32,000 nucleotides of DNA from Gemmata obscuriglobus (GTDB taxonomy: Bacteria; Planctomycetota; Planctomycetia; Gemmatales; Gemmataceae). The notes beneath the pieces are model-generated. The model was not told where the DNA came from and searched no databases. It saw nothing but the letters and a program-made list of their open reading frames with translations. The position numbers and the translations under genes were made by a program. The stretch is taken from contig NZ_CP042911.1 in the NCBI RefSeq assembly GCF_008065095.1, positions 8,490,001 to 8,522,000 of the forward strand, given 5' to 3'. Shown here piece by piece: positions 15,754 through 22,891 of this stretch (positions are counted from its first letter, which is position 1; each line of letters starts with the position of its first letter).

Positions 15754-17234
15754 TGCTGCTGACCGTGCCGGCGGGTGTGAAATGCCGGGCCGCGCGCCGC
15801 TCCGGGTTCACGCTGCTCGAACTGCTGCTGGCCGCCGTTCTCGCGGCGGCGCTGCTCACCGCCTTGTACATGGCCATGTCGGTGACCGTCCGCCAGACCC
15901 AGGTGAGCCGCGACGCGAGCGACGTGGAGCACCTGTACCGGGGCGTGTTCAACAAGTTCTCGACGGACCTGAGCGGCACGCTGGCCCCCCTCCCGCCCAA
16001 GTCCGGCGGGAACGCCGCGCCGGGCGGCGGAACGGTCCTGACCGCAACAGACACCGGCTCGACGGCGTCGGCAACCGGTGCTACCGGAACCGGCGGCACC
16101 GGTTCTACCGGTTCGGCAACCGGTGCCGCCGGGGCGACAACTACAACTGGCTCCACGGGCACTGGGACCGACACCTCAACGCCCAGTACGACCGATACTG
16201 CAACGGCGGTCGAAGCTAGCCCCTCGTTCCAGGGCGGCGTGGTCGGGACCGACAAACAGTTGACGGTTTATGCCGGTCGGACCCCGGAGTCGTACACGCG
16301 GTTCGGAGATTCGGGCGATCAGGCCCGGAGCGACCAGCGGCAGATCGTTTACTGGATCGGGGAGGGCGGCGGGCTGTACCGGCGCGAGCGCCCGTGGATC
16401 ACCGGCGACACGCTCAACGACGACCCCGACCCGTCGGCCCCGGACGCGGTTCTGCTGGCCGAAGAGGTTGTGGACCTGACGTTCGAGTACACCGACGGCT
16501 CGGGCACCTGGGAAACCGAGTGGGACGGCGCGACCCCCGGCCCGGACGGGGTAACGCCCCTGGGGCCGCCCCGCGCGATCAAAGTGACGCTCACGATGCG
16601 CATCCCGCTGAGCAAGAACGAGGTCGTGGAGAAGACCGTGACGCACGTGATCGCGGTCCGCGCGGCGCCCGGCACCTACACGGTCCCACTCGTCGAGGCG
16701 CCAGTTGATGGTGCCACCGGCGTTACCGACAGCGGCACGACCGGCAGCACGACCGACGGTAGTGGCGCGACGGCTGGCGGTGCGACCGGGGGCACTGGCG
16801 GCGGTATGGGTGGTGCAGGCGGCGGCCGTGGCGGTGCGGCCGGTGGTGGGGGTGGTGCGGGTGGTGGCGGGATGGGTGGAGGTGCCGGGCGTGGCGGGGC
16901 CGGTGGTGAAATGGGCGGCGGAGGTGGAGGCGGTGGCGGCCGTGGTGGCGCGGCAGGCGGTGCGGGTGGAGGTGGCGGTGGAATGGGTGGAGGCGGTGGC
17001 CGTGGTGGTGCGACCGGCGGTGGAGGCGGCGCGGGTGGAGGAGGACGTGGTGGCGCGGCCGGTGGTGGAGGCGGTGCGGGCGGCGGTGGAATGGGTGCCG
17101 GCGGTGGCGGTGGCGGCCGCGGTGGCGCAACCGGTGGCGGTGGTGCCGGCGGCGGCGGTGGCGGGCGCGGGGGGGCTGCGACTGGTGGCGGTGGCGGTGG
17201 CGGTGGGCGTGGCGGAGCCGGAGGCGGGCGATGA
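15750..17234 (+). CDS. gspJ: Minor pseudopilin, GspJ-like, with internal Thr/Gly-rich insert and a C-terminal Gly-rich RGG/GGM tail of about 150 aa
   Basis: GTGATG overlap with the gspI-like stop, and GGAGGA upstream. RRSGFTLLELLLAAVLAAALLTALY prepilin motif. The globular part ..IVYWIGEGGGLYRRERPW...VVDLTFEYTDGSG.W...PRAIKVTLTM.. is GspJ/PulJ-like. The ORF then stays open through the GGN tract to a TGA that overlaps the gspK ATG (ATGA at 17231). Confidence 0.8.
   Translation: MMLLTVPAGVKCRAARRSGFTLLELLLAAVLAAALLTALYMAMSVTVRQTQVSRDASDVEHLYRGVFNKFSTDLSGTLAPLPPKSGGNAAPGGGTVLTATDTGSTASATGATGTGGTGSTGSATGAAGATTTTGSTGTGTDTSTPSTTDTATAVEASPSFQGGVVGTDKQLTVYAGRTPESYTRFGDSGDQARSDQRQIVYWIGEGGGLYRRERPWITGDTLNDDPDPSAPDAVLLAEEVVDLTFEYTDGSGTWETEWDGATPGPDGVTPLGPPRAIKVTLTMRIPLSKNEVVEKTVTHVIAVRAAPGTYTVPLVEAPVDGATGVTDSGTTGSTTDGSGATAGGATGGTGGGMGGAGGGRGGAAGGGGGAGGGGMGGGAGRGGAGGEMGGGGGGGGGRGGAAGGAGGGGGGMGGGGGRGGATGGGGGAGGGGRGGAAGGGGGAGGGGMGAGGGGGGRGGATGGGGAGGGGGGRGGAATGGGGGGGGRGGAGGGR
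16770..17231 (+). repeat. Degenerate GGN-codon low-complexity tract (coding, extreme G-richness on the + strand)
   Basis: About 460 nt consisting almost entirely of ggc/ggt/ggg/gga/gcg codons. Eight Arg codons in ggNcgNgg context and five atg codons are spread at irregular spacings of 39-108 nt. The antisense frames give poly-Pro. Confidence 0.9.
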
Positions 17235-18877
17235 AACTGCACACACGAAGTGCGGAACGCGATGCGCGTCCCGGGTACGTCATTTTTGCCGTCCTCGTGG
17301 TGGTGGTGGTGCTGTCCCTCGTCGCGTACCGGTTCGCCGACGCGATGAGCGGGGAGTACCGGGCCGGCGCCCGAGCCGGCGAAGACGCCCAGGCGAAGTC
17401 GGCGGCGCTGTCCGGGTTGCACTACGCCGCCGCGGTCCTTTCGGACCGTGAGACGCTCAGTAGTGAGTTGGGCGGGAACCCGTTCGACAATCCCGACATT
17501 TTCGAGCGCTTCGAAATAACGGCCGGGGGCGACGGCCCCGCACGCAAGACGGCGTACTTCGACATCCGGTGCGTGGCCACGACCGCCAGCGGCACCCGCG
17601 AGCAGCGGTTCGGGGTCATTGATGAGGGCGGGAAGCTCAACATCAACAGCCTGATCGCGCTCGACCCTACCGGCGAGGTGCTCTACAACGCGCTGCTGAA
17701 GATCCCCAACATGACGCCCGAGATCGCCGACGCCATCGTCGACTGGGTGGACGCCGACGACACGAAACGCGCCAGCGGGGCCGAATCCGCCGAGTACGGT
17801 TCCCGCTCGAACCCGTACAAGGCGAAGAACGGGCCGCTGAACTCGCTCGACGAACTGCTGCTGGTTCAGGGGATCACCCCGGACCTGCTGTACGGCGGGG
17901 ACCGGAACCGCAACGGCGTGTACGACGACGGGGACGACAGCCAGGACGGCGGGTGGGCCGATTACCTCACCGTATACGGGCGCGAGCTGAACGTCGCGTC
18001 CGACGGGCAGGTGCGGACGTACCTCAACGGCGACAACCTCACGACGCTCCAGCAGCAACTGGGGCCGCAGTTGGGGGACGAACTGACCGCTTACGTGCTC
18101 GCGTCGAAGCTGTTCACCGTGACCGCGGCCAGCACGAGTACACGCGTGACACTCAGCGGCACGAACGCGACCTCGGGCGCAACGGTTCGCCTGAACGCGA
18201 CCGTTCAGACGGGCGGGAATACGGGGAGTACGTCCCAGCGGGCCAAGCGGGCCGCGACGCTCGACGAGTTGCAGGCCGCGGTGTCGACGAAGATGGCGAA
18301 CACGTTTACCGGCGGGAACCGGGTGAAATCGCTGCTGGACCTCGTGGACACCAGCATCACCCTGCCCCGGGCCGCGGACGCGAAGGACGAAGACCCGGAC
18401 GTGGTCGCGTACTCGCCGCTGAGCGACGCCACCAAACGCGCGACCCTGCTCGCGACCCTGATGGACCGCACCACCACCAAGCAGGCGGTCGAGTTGGTGC
18501 CGCGGATCAACGTGAACACGGCGCCGCGCGAGGTGCTGATGGCGATCCCCGGCATGACCGACGCCGACGCGGACGCGATCATCACGGCGCGAGCGAGCGT
18601 GCTGCCGGGCGACCCGGCGTACCAGTCGGCCGCCTGGGTAATCACGTCCGCCGGGATCACGCCCGCGATGTTCAAGGCGTACGAGAAGTACATCACCGGC
18701 AGCACGATGGTCTACCGGGTGCAGTCGATCGGGTACTTCCTGGAGGGCGGCCCGGTGGCCCGGATGGAGGCGGTGGTCGATACGAACCAGGGGGCCCCGC
18801 GGTTCCTGTTCGTTCGCGACCTCACGGACCTCGACAGCCCGCGCGGGTTCGATCCCGCGAAAGTGACGAAGCCATGA
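17231..18877 (+). CDS. gspK: Minor pseudopilin GspK (T2SS K family)
   Basis: 548 aa. Hydrophobic N-terminus GYVIFAVLVVVVVLSL without Glu+5, as expected for GspK. Motifs VIDEGGKLNINSL, ADAIVDWVDADD, NGPLNSLDELLLVQGITPDL and RINVNTAPREVLMAIPGMTDADADAIITAR. Confidence 0.9.
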   Translation: MKLHTRSAERDARPGYVIFAVLVVVVVLSLVAYRFADAMSGEYRAGARAGEDAQAKSAALSGLHYAAAVLSDRETLSSELGGNPFDNPDIFERFEITAGGDGPARKTAYFDIRCVATTASGTREQRFGVIDEGGKLNINSLIALDPTGEVLYNALLKIPNMTPEIADAIVDWVDADDTKRASGAESAEYGSRSNPYKAKNGPLNSLDELLLVQGITPDLLYGGDRNRNGVYDDGDDSQDGGWADYLTVYGRELNVASDGQVRTYLNGDNLTTLQQQLGPQLGDELTAYVLASKLFTVTAASTSTRVTLSGTNATSGATVRLNATVQTGGNTGSTSQRAKRAATLDELQAAVSTKMANTFTGGNRVKSLLDLVDTSITLPRAADAKDEDPDVVAYSPLSDATKRATLLATLMDRTTTKQAVELVPRINVNTAPREVLMAIPGMTDADADAIITARASVLPGDPAYQSAAWVITSAGITPAMFKAYEKYITGSTMVYRVQSIGYFLEGGPVARMEAVVDTNQGAPRFLFVRDLTDLDSPRGFDPAKVTKP

Positions 18878-18987
18878 CGTGTTTCGGGATCGGGGCCGAG
18901 TGCCCGCCGTGCCGCGAAAGCCGGCGCACCCGCTAAACGCGGAACGCCAAATACTGAACATCCAAACGCCAAACACCCAGACGCCAA

Positions 18988-20571
18988 GTGTCCAACTTCA
19001 TCGCGATCGATCTGGAAGCGGGCGGCGTGTACGCCGTATCTGGGGGCACCCGCGGCGGCGCGAAAGTGCTCCACGCGCTCGCCTGGACCAACACGGACGA
19101 GGAACCGCCGCCGCCGCTGTCGGCCGAAACCGCGAAGTCGTTCGGCGAGGCCCTCCGCGCGAAGCTCAAGGACGCCGGTATCGCGCCCGCGCCGGTGCTC
19201 GTATCGGTCGGCCGCGACCGGGTCATCCTCAAGGAACTCCGGCACCCGCCGGTGCCGCCGGCAGACGAGCCCGCGGTCATCCGGTTCCAGGCCGTCAAGG
19301 AGATGTCCGAGTCCCCGGACGACGTGGTCCTCGACTACGTGCCGATTGGGGATACGAGCGCCGGGGCGGGCGAGCGGCGCGCGATGGCCGTGATGCTCCG
19401 CAAGGACGTGCTCAACGCGATTACGGCGATGACCACCGCCGCGGGGCTGAAGTTGGCCGGCGCCACCCCGCGCCCGTATGCCGTCGCGGCGGGGCTGGGC
19501 CGGGCGTTCGCGCTCGGCGCAGCGCCCGCGCCGGAGCAGAAAACGGACACGGTTGCGGCGCTCACGCTCGGCCCGGGCGGGGGCGAGTTCACGGTGGTCC
19601 GCGGCGGCGAGATGGTGCTGACGCTCGCGATCCCGGCGCCGGTGATGGTCAGCGAGGCAATGCTGGTGGCGCAACTGCGGCGCAACCTCACCGTCTACGC
19701 GGGCCAGCACCCCGGGCACCCGATCACGGCCGTGTACCTCGCCGAGGTCGGCCCGGGCTGGGCCGGGCGGCTCGAGACCGCGCTGGGCGTGCCGGTTCAC
19801 GACTACGATCCGCTCGCCGGGGCGGTGCCGAAGGTTCCGGAGCACCTCCGCGGGCGGTTCGCCGGCGCCGTCGGGCTGCTCGCGGCCAAGGCCCACGCCG
19901 CCGACCTGCCGATCAACTTCGCCTCGCCCCGCCAGCCGCGGACCACCGGCGACCCCGGGAAGCGCCGGCTCCTGTTCGCCGCGCTCGCGGCCGTCCTGCT
20001 GGTGGGCGGGAGCCTCGCCGTCGGGGTGCTGCTCCGGGACTGGGCCGTCGGCGGGGTGGAGGCACTCGCCGCCGAGCGGGACGAGCTGAAAGGGCGGATC
20101 GAGAAGGGGGCCGCCGGCGCGAAGCAGGCCGACGCGATCGACGCGTGGACCAAGCGCCGGGTCGTGTACCTGGACGAGCTGCACGACCTCGCGGACCGGA
20201 TGCCCGGCGACGACAGCATCCGGGTCACCGAAATCAAGTCCACCCCGGGCCAGATCACGAAGGACGGCAAGCAGCCCGTTCAAGCGAACGTGGAGCTGCG
20301 GGTCGCCGCGGTCGCCGGGCCGCCGGTCCACGACCTGGTGTCCGCGTTCGAGAACGACAACCCGCGCCCGGAGGCGGGCAAGGTGGTCAACAAGTACTAC
20401 ATCGGCACCAACCCCACCGGCGGCGGCGCTCTGACCAGCTCCGGTTCGAGCAAGCACACGCAAGGGTTCACGGTGAAGACCCAGGTGAACTACCGCGAGC
20501 CGAACAAGTACGACCGTGCGCCGAAGTTCACCCCGCCGAAACGGAGCTGGGGGCTGCCCGCGTCCCAGTGA
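18988..20571 (+). CDS. GspL-like assembly-platform protein (PilM-like cytoplasmic domain fused to a PilN-like TM/periplasmic part)
   Basis: GTG start. The N-terminus FIAIDLEAGGVYAVSG... resembles the actin-like PilM/GspL cytoplasmic domain. DLPINFASPRQPR, followed by the TM helix RLLFAALAAVLLVGGSLAVGVLL and a coiled coil, resembles the PilN/GspL C-terminus. It sits directly after gspK. Confidence 0.7.
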   Translation: MSNFIAIDLEAGGVYAVSGGTRGGAKVLHALAWTNTDEEPPPPLSAETAKSFGEALRAKLKDAGIAPAPVLVSVGRDRVILKELRHPPVPPADEPAVIRFQAVKEMSESPDDVVLDYVPIGDTSAGAGERRAMAVMLRKDVLNAITAMTTAAGLKLAGATPRPYAVAAGLGRAFALGAAPAPEQKTDTVAALTLGPGGGEFTVVRGGEMVLTLAIPAPVMVSEAMLVAQLRRNLTVYAGQHPGHPITAVYLAEVGPGWAGRLETALGVPVHDYDPLAGAVPKVPEHLRGRFAGAVGLLAAKAHAADLPINFASPRQPRTTGDPGKRRLLFAALAAVLLVGGSLAVGVLLRDWAVGGVEALAAERDELKGRIEKGAAGAKQADAIDAWTKRRVVYLDELHDLADRMPGDDSIRVTEIKSTPGQITKDGKQPVQANVELRVAAVAGPPVHDLVSAFENDNPRPEAGKVVNKYYIGTNPTGGGALTSSGSSKHTQGFTVKTQVNYREPNKYDRAPKFTPPKRSWGLPASQ

Positions 20572-20669
20572 CGACAGCGCGCCGCACCGCCGACACCAAA
20601 AAACAACACGCCCGGACCGCCAGCCGGATCGGGTGAGACGCACCGAACCACCGCGAAGAAGGCCGACCG

Positions 20670-22391
20670 ATGACCCCGCGCGACCAAAAGATGGCCCTCC
20701 TGCTGATCGGCGCCACGGCCCTGATCGTGGGGATACTCGGCGGCTACTTTTTCGTGTACGATCCGATCCTGAAGGGGCGGGCCGCGGAGGCCGAGCTGCA
20801 AGGCGAAATTGCGGAACTCCGCGAAAAAGCCGACCAGCAGGACGCCAAGCTCAAAATGCTCAAGGTCCAGCAGGTCCAGAGCCTGCCGGCCGATCAGACC
20901 ATCGCCAAGCAGGAGTACTTCGTCGCGCTGGAGTCGCTGATCGGTCGGGCGATCCACACCGCCGAGGAGGCGGGCGTGCCCAGGGGCGAGATCAAAGCCG
21001 CGATCAACGTGAAGGCGGTGGACAACAGCGCTCGCGGCGTGCCCGAGCTGTCCAAGGGCAAGCCGATGTACACCAAGTTGGCCTACACGGTGGTGGTTCG
21101 GAAGGCCGACATGTGGGTGGTGCGCGACGTCCTTAAGGCGTACTACGAGCTTAACCTGCTGCACCAGATCACCCACTTCAACCTGAAAAAGGACGACGAG
21201 AACGCGAAAGGGCCGGTGAAGCGCAACGACCTGACGCTCGAGTTCACCACGGAAGCGATCATCGTGGAGGGGATGACGACCGGACCCCAGTACCGGCGCA
21301 CGCTGATCGCGGTGCCCAGCGCGTTCGCCGCGGCCGGCGGCGGCGGGCTGCAACAGGTGCTGGAACGCAACACCGAAATCGGGCGCGGGGCGTCGGCCCG
21401 GCCGTCCCTGCCGGTGCTCGCCACCAAGCCCCGCGACTACAGCCTGATCGTGCTCAAGGACCCGTTCAACGGCCCGCTCCCGCCGCCGCCGCCGTTCTCG
21501 CTGGAACCGGTCAAAGATGTGACCGTCAAGCAGAACGACACCCGGGCGGCAACGGTGAAGCTGGCGGCGAAGGGCGAAGGGGCGGCGGGCGCCACGTACC
21601 GGATGATCGTGTCGAACGTGTCCGGCCAGCCGTTGCCCGAGGGCGAGATCAAGGGGCGGGGGCCGACGTTCGAACTGCCCAAGACTTCCGCGGGTGAGGG
21701 AACGGCAAAGGTCGAGGTGATCGCCAAATCCGCCGAAGGCAAAGAGGCCCGGACCACGTTCCGGGTGAAGGTGGAGCCGGAACCGGAGACCCCAATAGTC
21801 ACGCCGCCGATCAAAGACGACGTGTCACACGCGATCATCCTGACCATGCTCACGATCCGTCACGAGGACGGCACCGCGTCCGCCGCGATCCGCGACGGGG
21901 CCAACCGGCAGCGGTATGAGATCGAGATCGAGGGCAAGAAGGTTACCGTCGGTAAGTTCTACTACATCAAGGACAAGAAGAAGGAAGATGAGGTCGACAA
22001 GAGCGGGGTGCTGCTGATTTCGGACGACAGCAGCGGGACCAAACGCACCTTCAAGGTGATCGGGGTGGACGGCGAGGGGCTGATCCTGGAAGACCTGAAG
22101 CCGAGCGGTGACGCGCCGAAGACCGAGGCCCCGCGACCGCGCGGACCGGGTGGGCCACGCGGCGCGACGCCCCCGAAGCAGGGGCCGGCGAACCCGGTGG
22201 CGGCAATGGGCGGGAACATGGCGTCCGGGGCCGGGATCGTCGCCAGCGCACCGAAACTCTACCGCTGGACCGTCGGGCAGTCGCTCTACACGATGACCAA
22301 GGATGGACCGCTGAGCGAGCGGGACGCACAGAAGGTCCTCAAGCAGGCGGCCGACAGCGGCCCGATGCTCGAAATTGCCGTGAACCAGTAA
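20670..22391 (+). CDS. Enlarged GspM/PilO-like bitopic membrane protein with extra periplasmic domains
   Basis: 573 aa. N-terminal TM (MALLLIGATALIVGILGGYFFVY), then a coiled coil (AAEAELQGEIAELREKADQQDAKLKMLK) and an alpha/beta region, as in PilO/GspM. Next come a PPPPPP linker, a beta-rich (Ig-like?) segment, a Lys/Glu-rich beta segment (RYEIEIEGKKVTVGKFYYI..KRTFKVIGVDGEGLILEDL) and a Pro/Gly linker. The domain calls are inferred from sequence patterns only. Confidence 0.6.
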   Translation: MTPRDQKMALLLIGATALIVGILGGYFFVYDPILKGRAAEAELQGEIAELREKADQQDAKLKMLKVQQVQSLPADQTIAKQEYFVALESLIGRAIHTAEEAGVPRGEIKAAINVKAVDNSARGVPELSKGKPMYTKLAYTVVVRKADMWVVRDVLKAYYELNLLHQITHFNLKKDDENAKGPVKRNDLTLEFTTEAIIVEGMTTGPQYRRTLIAVPSAFAAAGGGGLQQVLERNTEIGRGASARPSLPVLATKPRDYSLIVLKDPFNGPLPPPPPFSLEPVKDVTVKQNDTRAATVKLAAKGEGAAGATYRMIVSNVSGQPLPEGEIKGRGPTFELPKTSAGEGTAKVEVIAKSAEGKEARTTFRVKVEPEPETPIVTPPIKDDVSHAIILTMLTIRHEDGTASAAIRDGANRQRYEIEIEGKKVTVGKFYYIKDKKKEDEVDKSGVLLISDDSSGTKRTFKVIGVDGEGLILEDLKPSGDAPKTEAPRPRGPGGPRGATPPKQGPANPVAAMGGNMASGAGIVASAPKLYRWTVGQSLYTMTKDGPLSERDAQKVLKQAADSGPMLEIAVNQ

Positions 22392-22405
22392 TGAGGCTTC
22401 TCGCA

Positions 22406-22440
22406 CAGAGCGGCCCCTCATCTTGTGGGGCCGCTCTGTA
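22406..22440 (+). terminator. Operon-end stem-loop after the last gsp-like gene
   Basis: Perfect 13-bp stem acagagcggcccc (22406-22418) / ggggccgctctgt (22428-22440) with the 9-nt loop tcatcttgt, 15 nt after the stop codon. There is no clear T-tract. Confidence 0.65.
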
Positions 22441-22891
22441 CGACGCTGTGGTGTGGTGGTTTTCGCCCCTTTACGGTGAAAGTGCCCTTCCTGCGGTGCT
22501 GACTCCGTTACAGCAACTCAACCGGGGCAACTGCCGGGTCACGGACGGGACATTCGCTGGCACCTGACTGGCTGTTCGCTGATCATTTGCTGGCGTGTTG
22601 CTACCCACAAATCCCCCACCCTCCCAGTCTGTAGATCCGCTTTGCAGGCCCGGCACTGACTGCTCGAATAGAAGCCGGACAACGGACGCAATAGCTTCCC
22701 GTTCCGTCACTTGCGTCCAATTTATCTCGCACGCACGGCTTTGCCTTTCGGGTAGCCGCGCGGCCGTTACTGCCGCTTGACATCAGCCGGTAGAGCCGCG
22801 GACTGCCGGAAGTGCCGCGGCGAAAAAAGGCGAGCGAGGATATCCGATGTGCCGACGACCGGGGCCGGTTGAACACGAGACGCGCGTCGCT

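Noticed and set aside
16770-17231. GGN repeat tract and the 33-bp repeats at 29921-30184 considered as CRISPR-like or other non-coding arrays
   Set aside because: Both are in-frame parts of long ORFs with coherent protein-level periodicity. They have no unique spacers of constant length, and no cas genes lie nearby.
16676-18976. 766-aa minus-strand ORF with long poly-proline runs
   Set aside because: It is antisense to gspK and to the GGN tract of the GspJ-like gene, where CCN reads as Pro. It has no RBS, and it contradicts the translationally coupled plus-strand genes with clear GspJ/GspK motifs.
18712-20643. 643-aa minus ORF and 585-aa + ORF overlapping the GspL-like gene
   Set aside because: These are Arg-rich alternative-frame artefacts. 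The chosen frame has a PilM/PilN-like domain order and a clean TM helix.
22441-22891. Specific ncRNA identities (RNase P RNA, tmRNA, SRP/4.5S RNA, tRNA, 6S RNA) and a sigma-54 promoter (TGGCAC at about 22559) in the convergent gap
   Set aside because: The conserved cores were not found on either strand: GAGGAAAGTCCGG for RNase P, the tRNA-like ends of tmRNA, the SRP GGAAG-containing helix 8 motif in proper context, and the GTTCGAATC-type T-loop. The TGGCAC is not followed by TTGC at the required spacing, and no gene lies downstream. Only the generic candidate-ncRNA note is kept.
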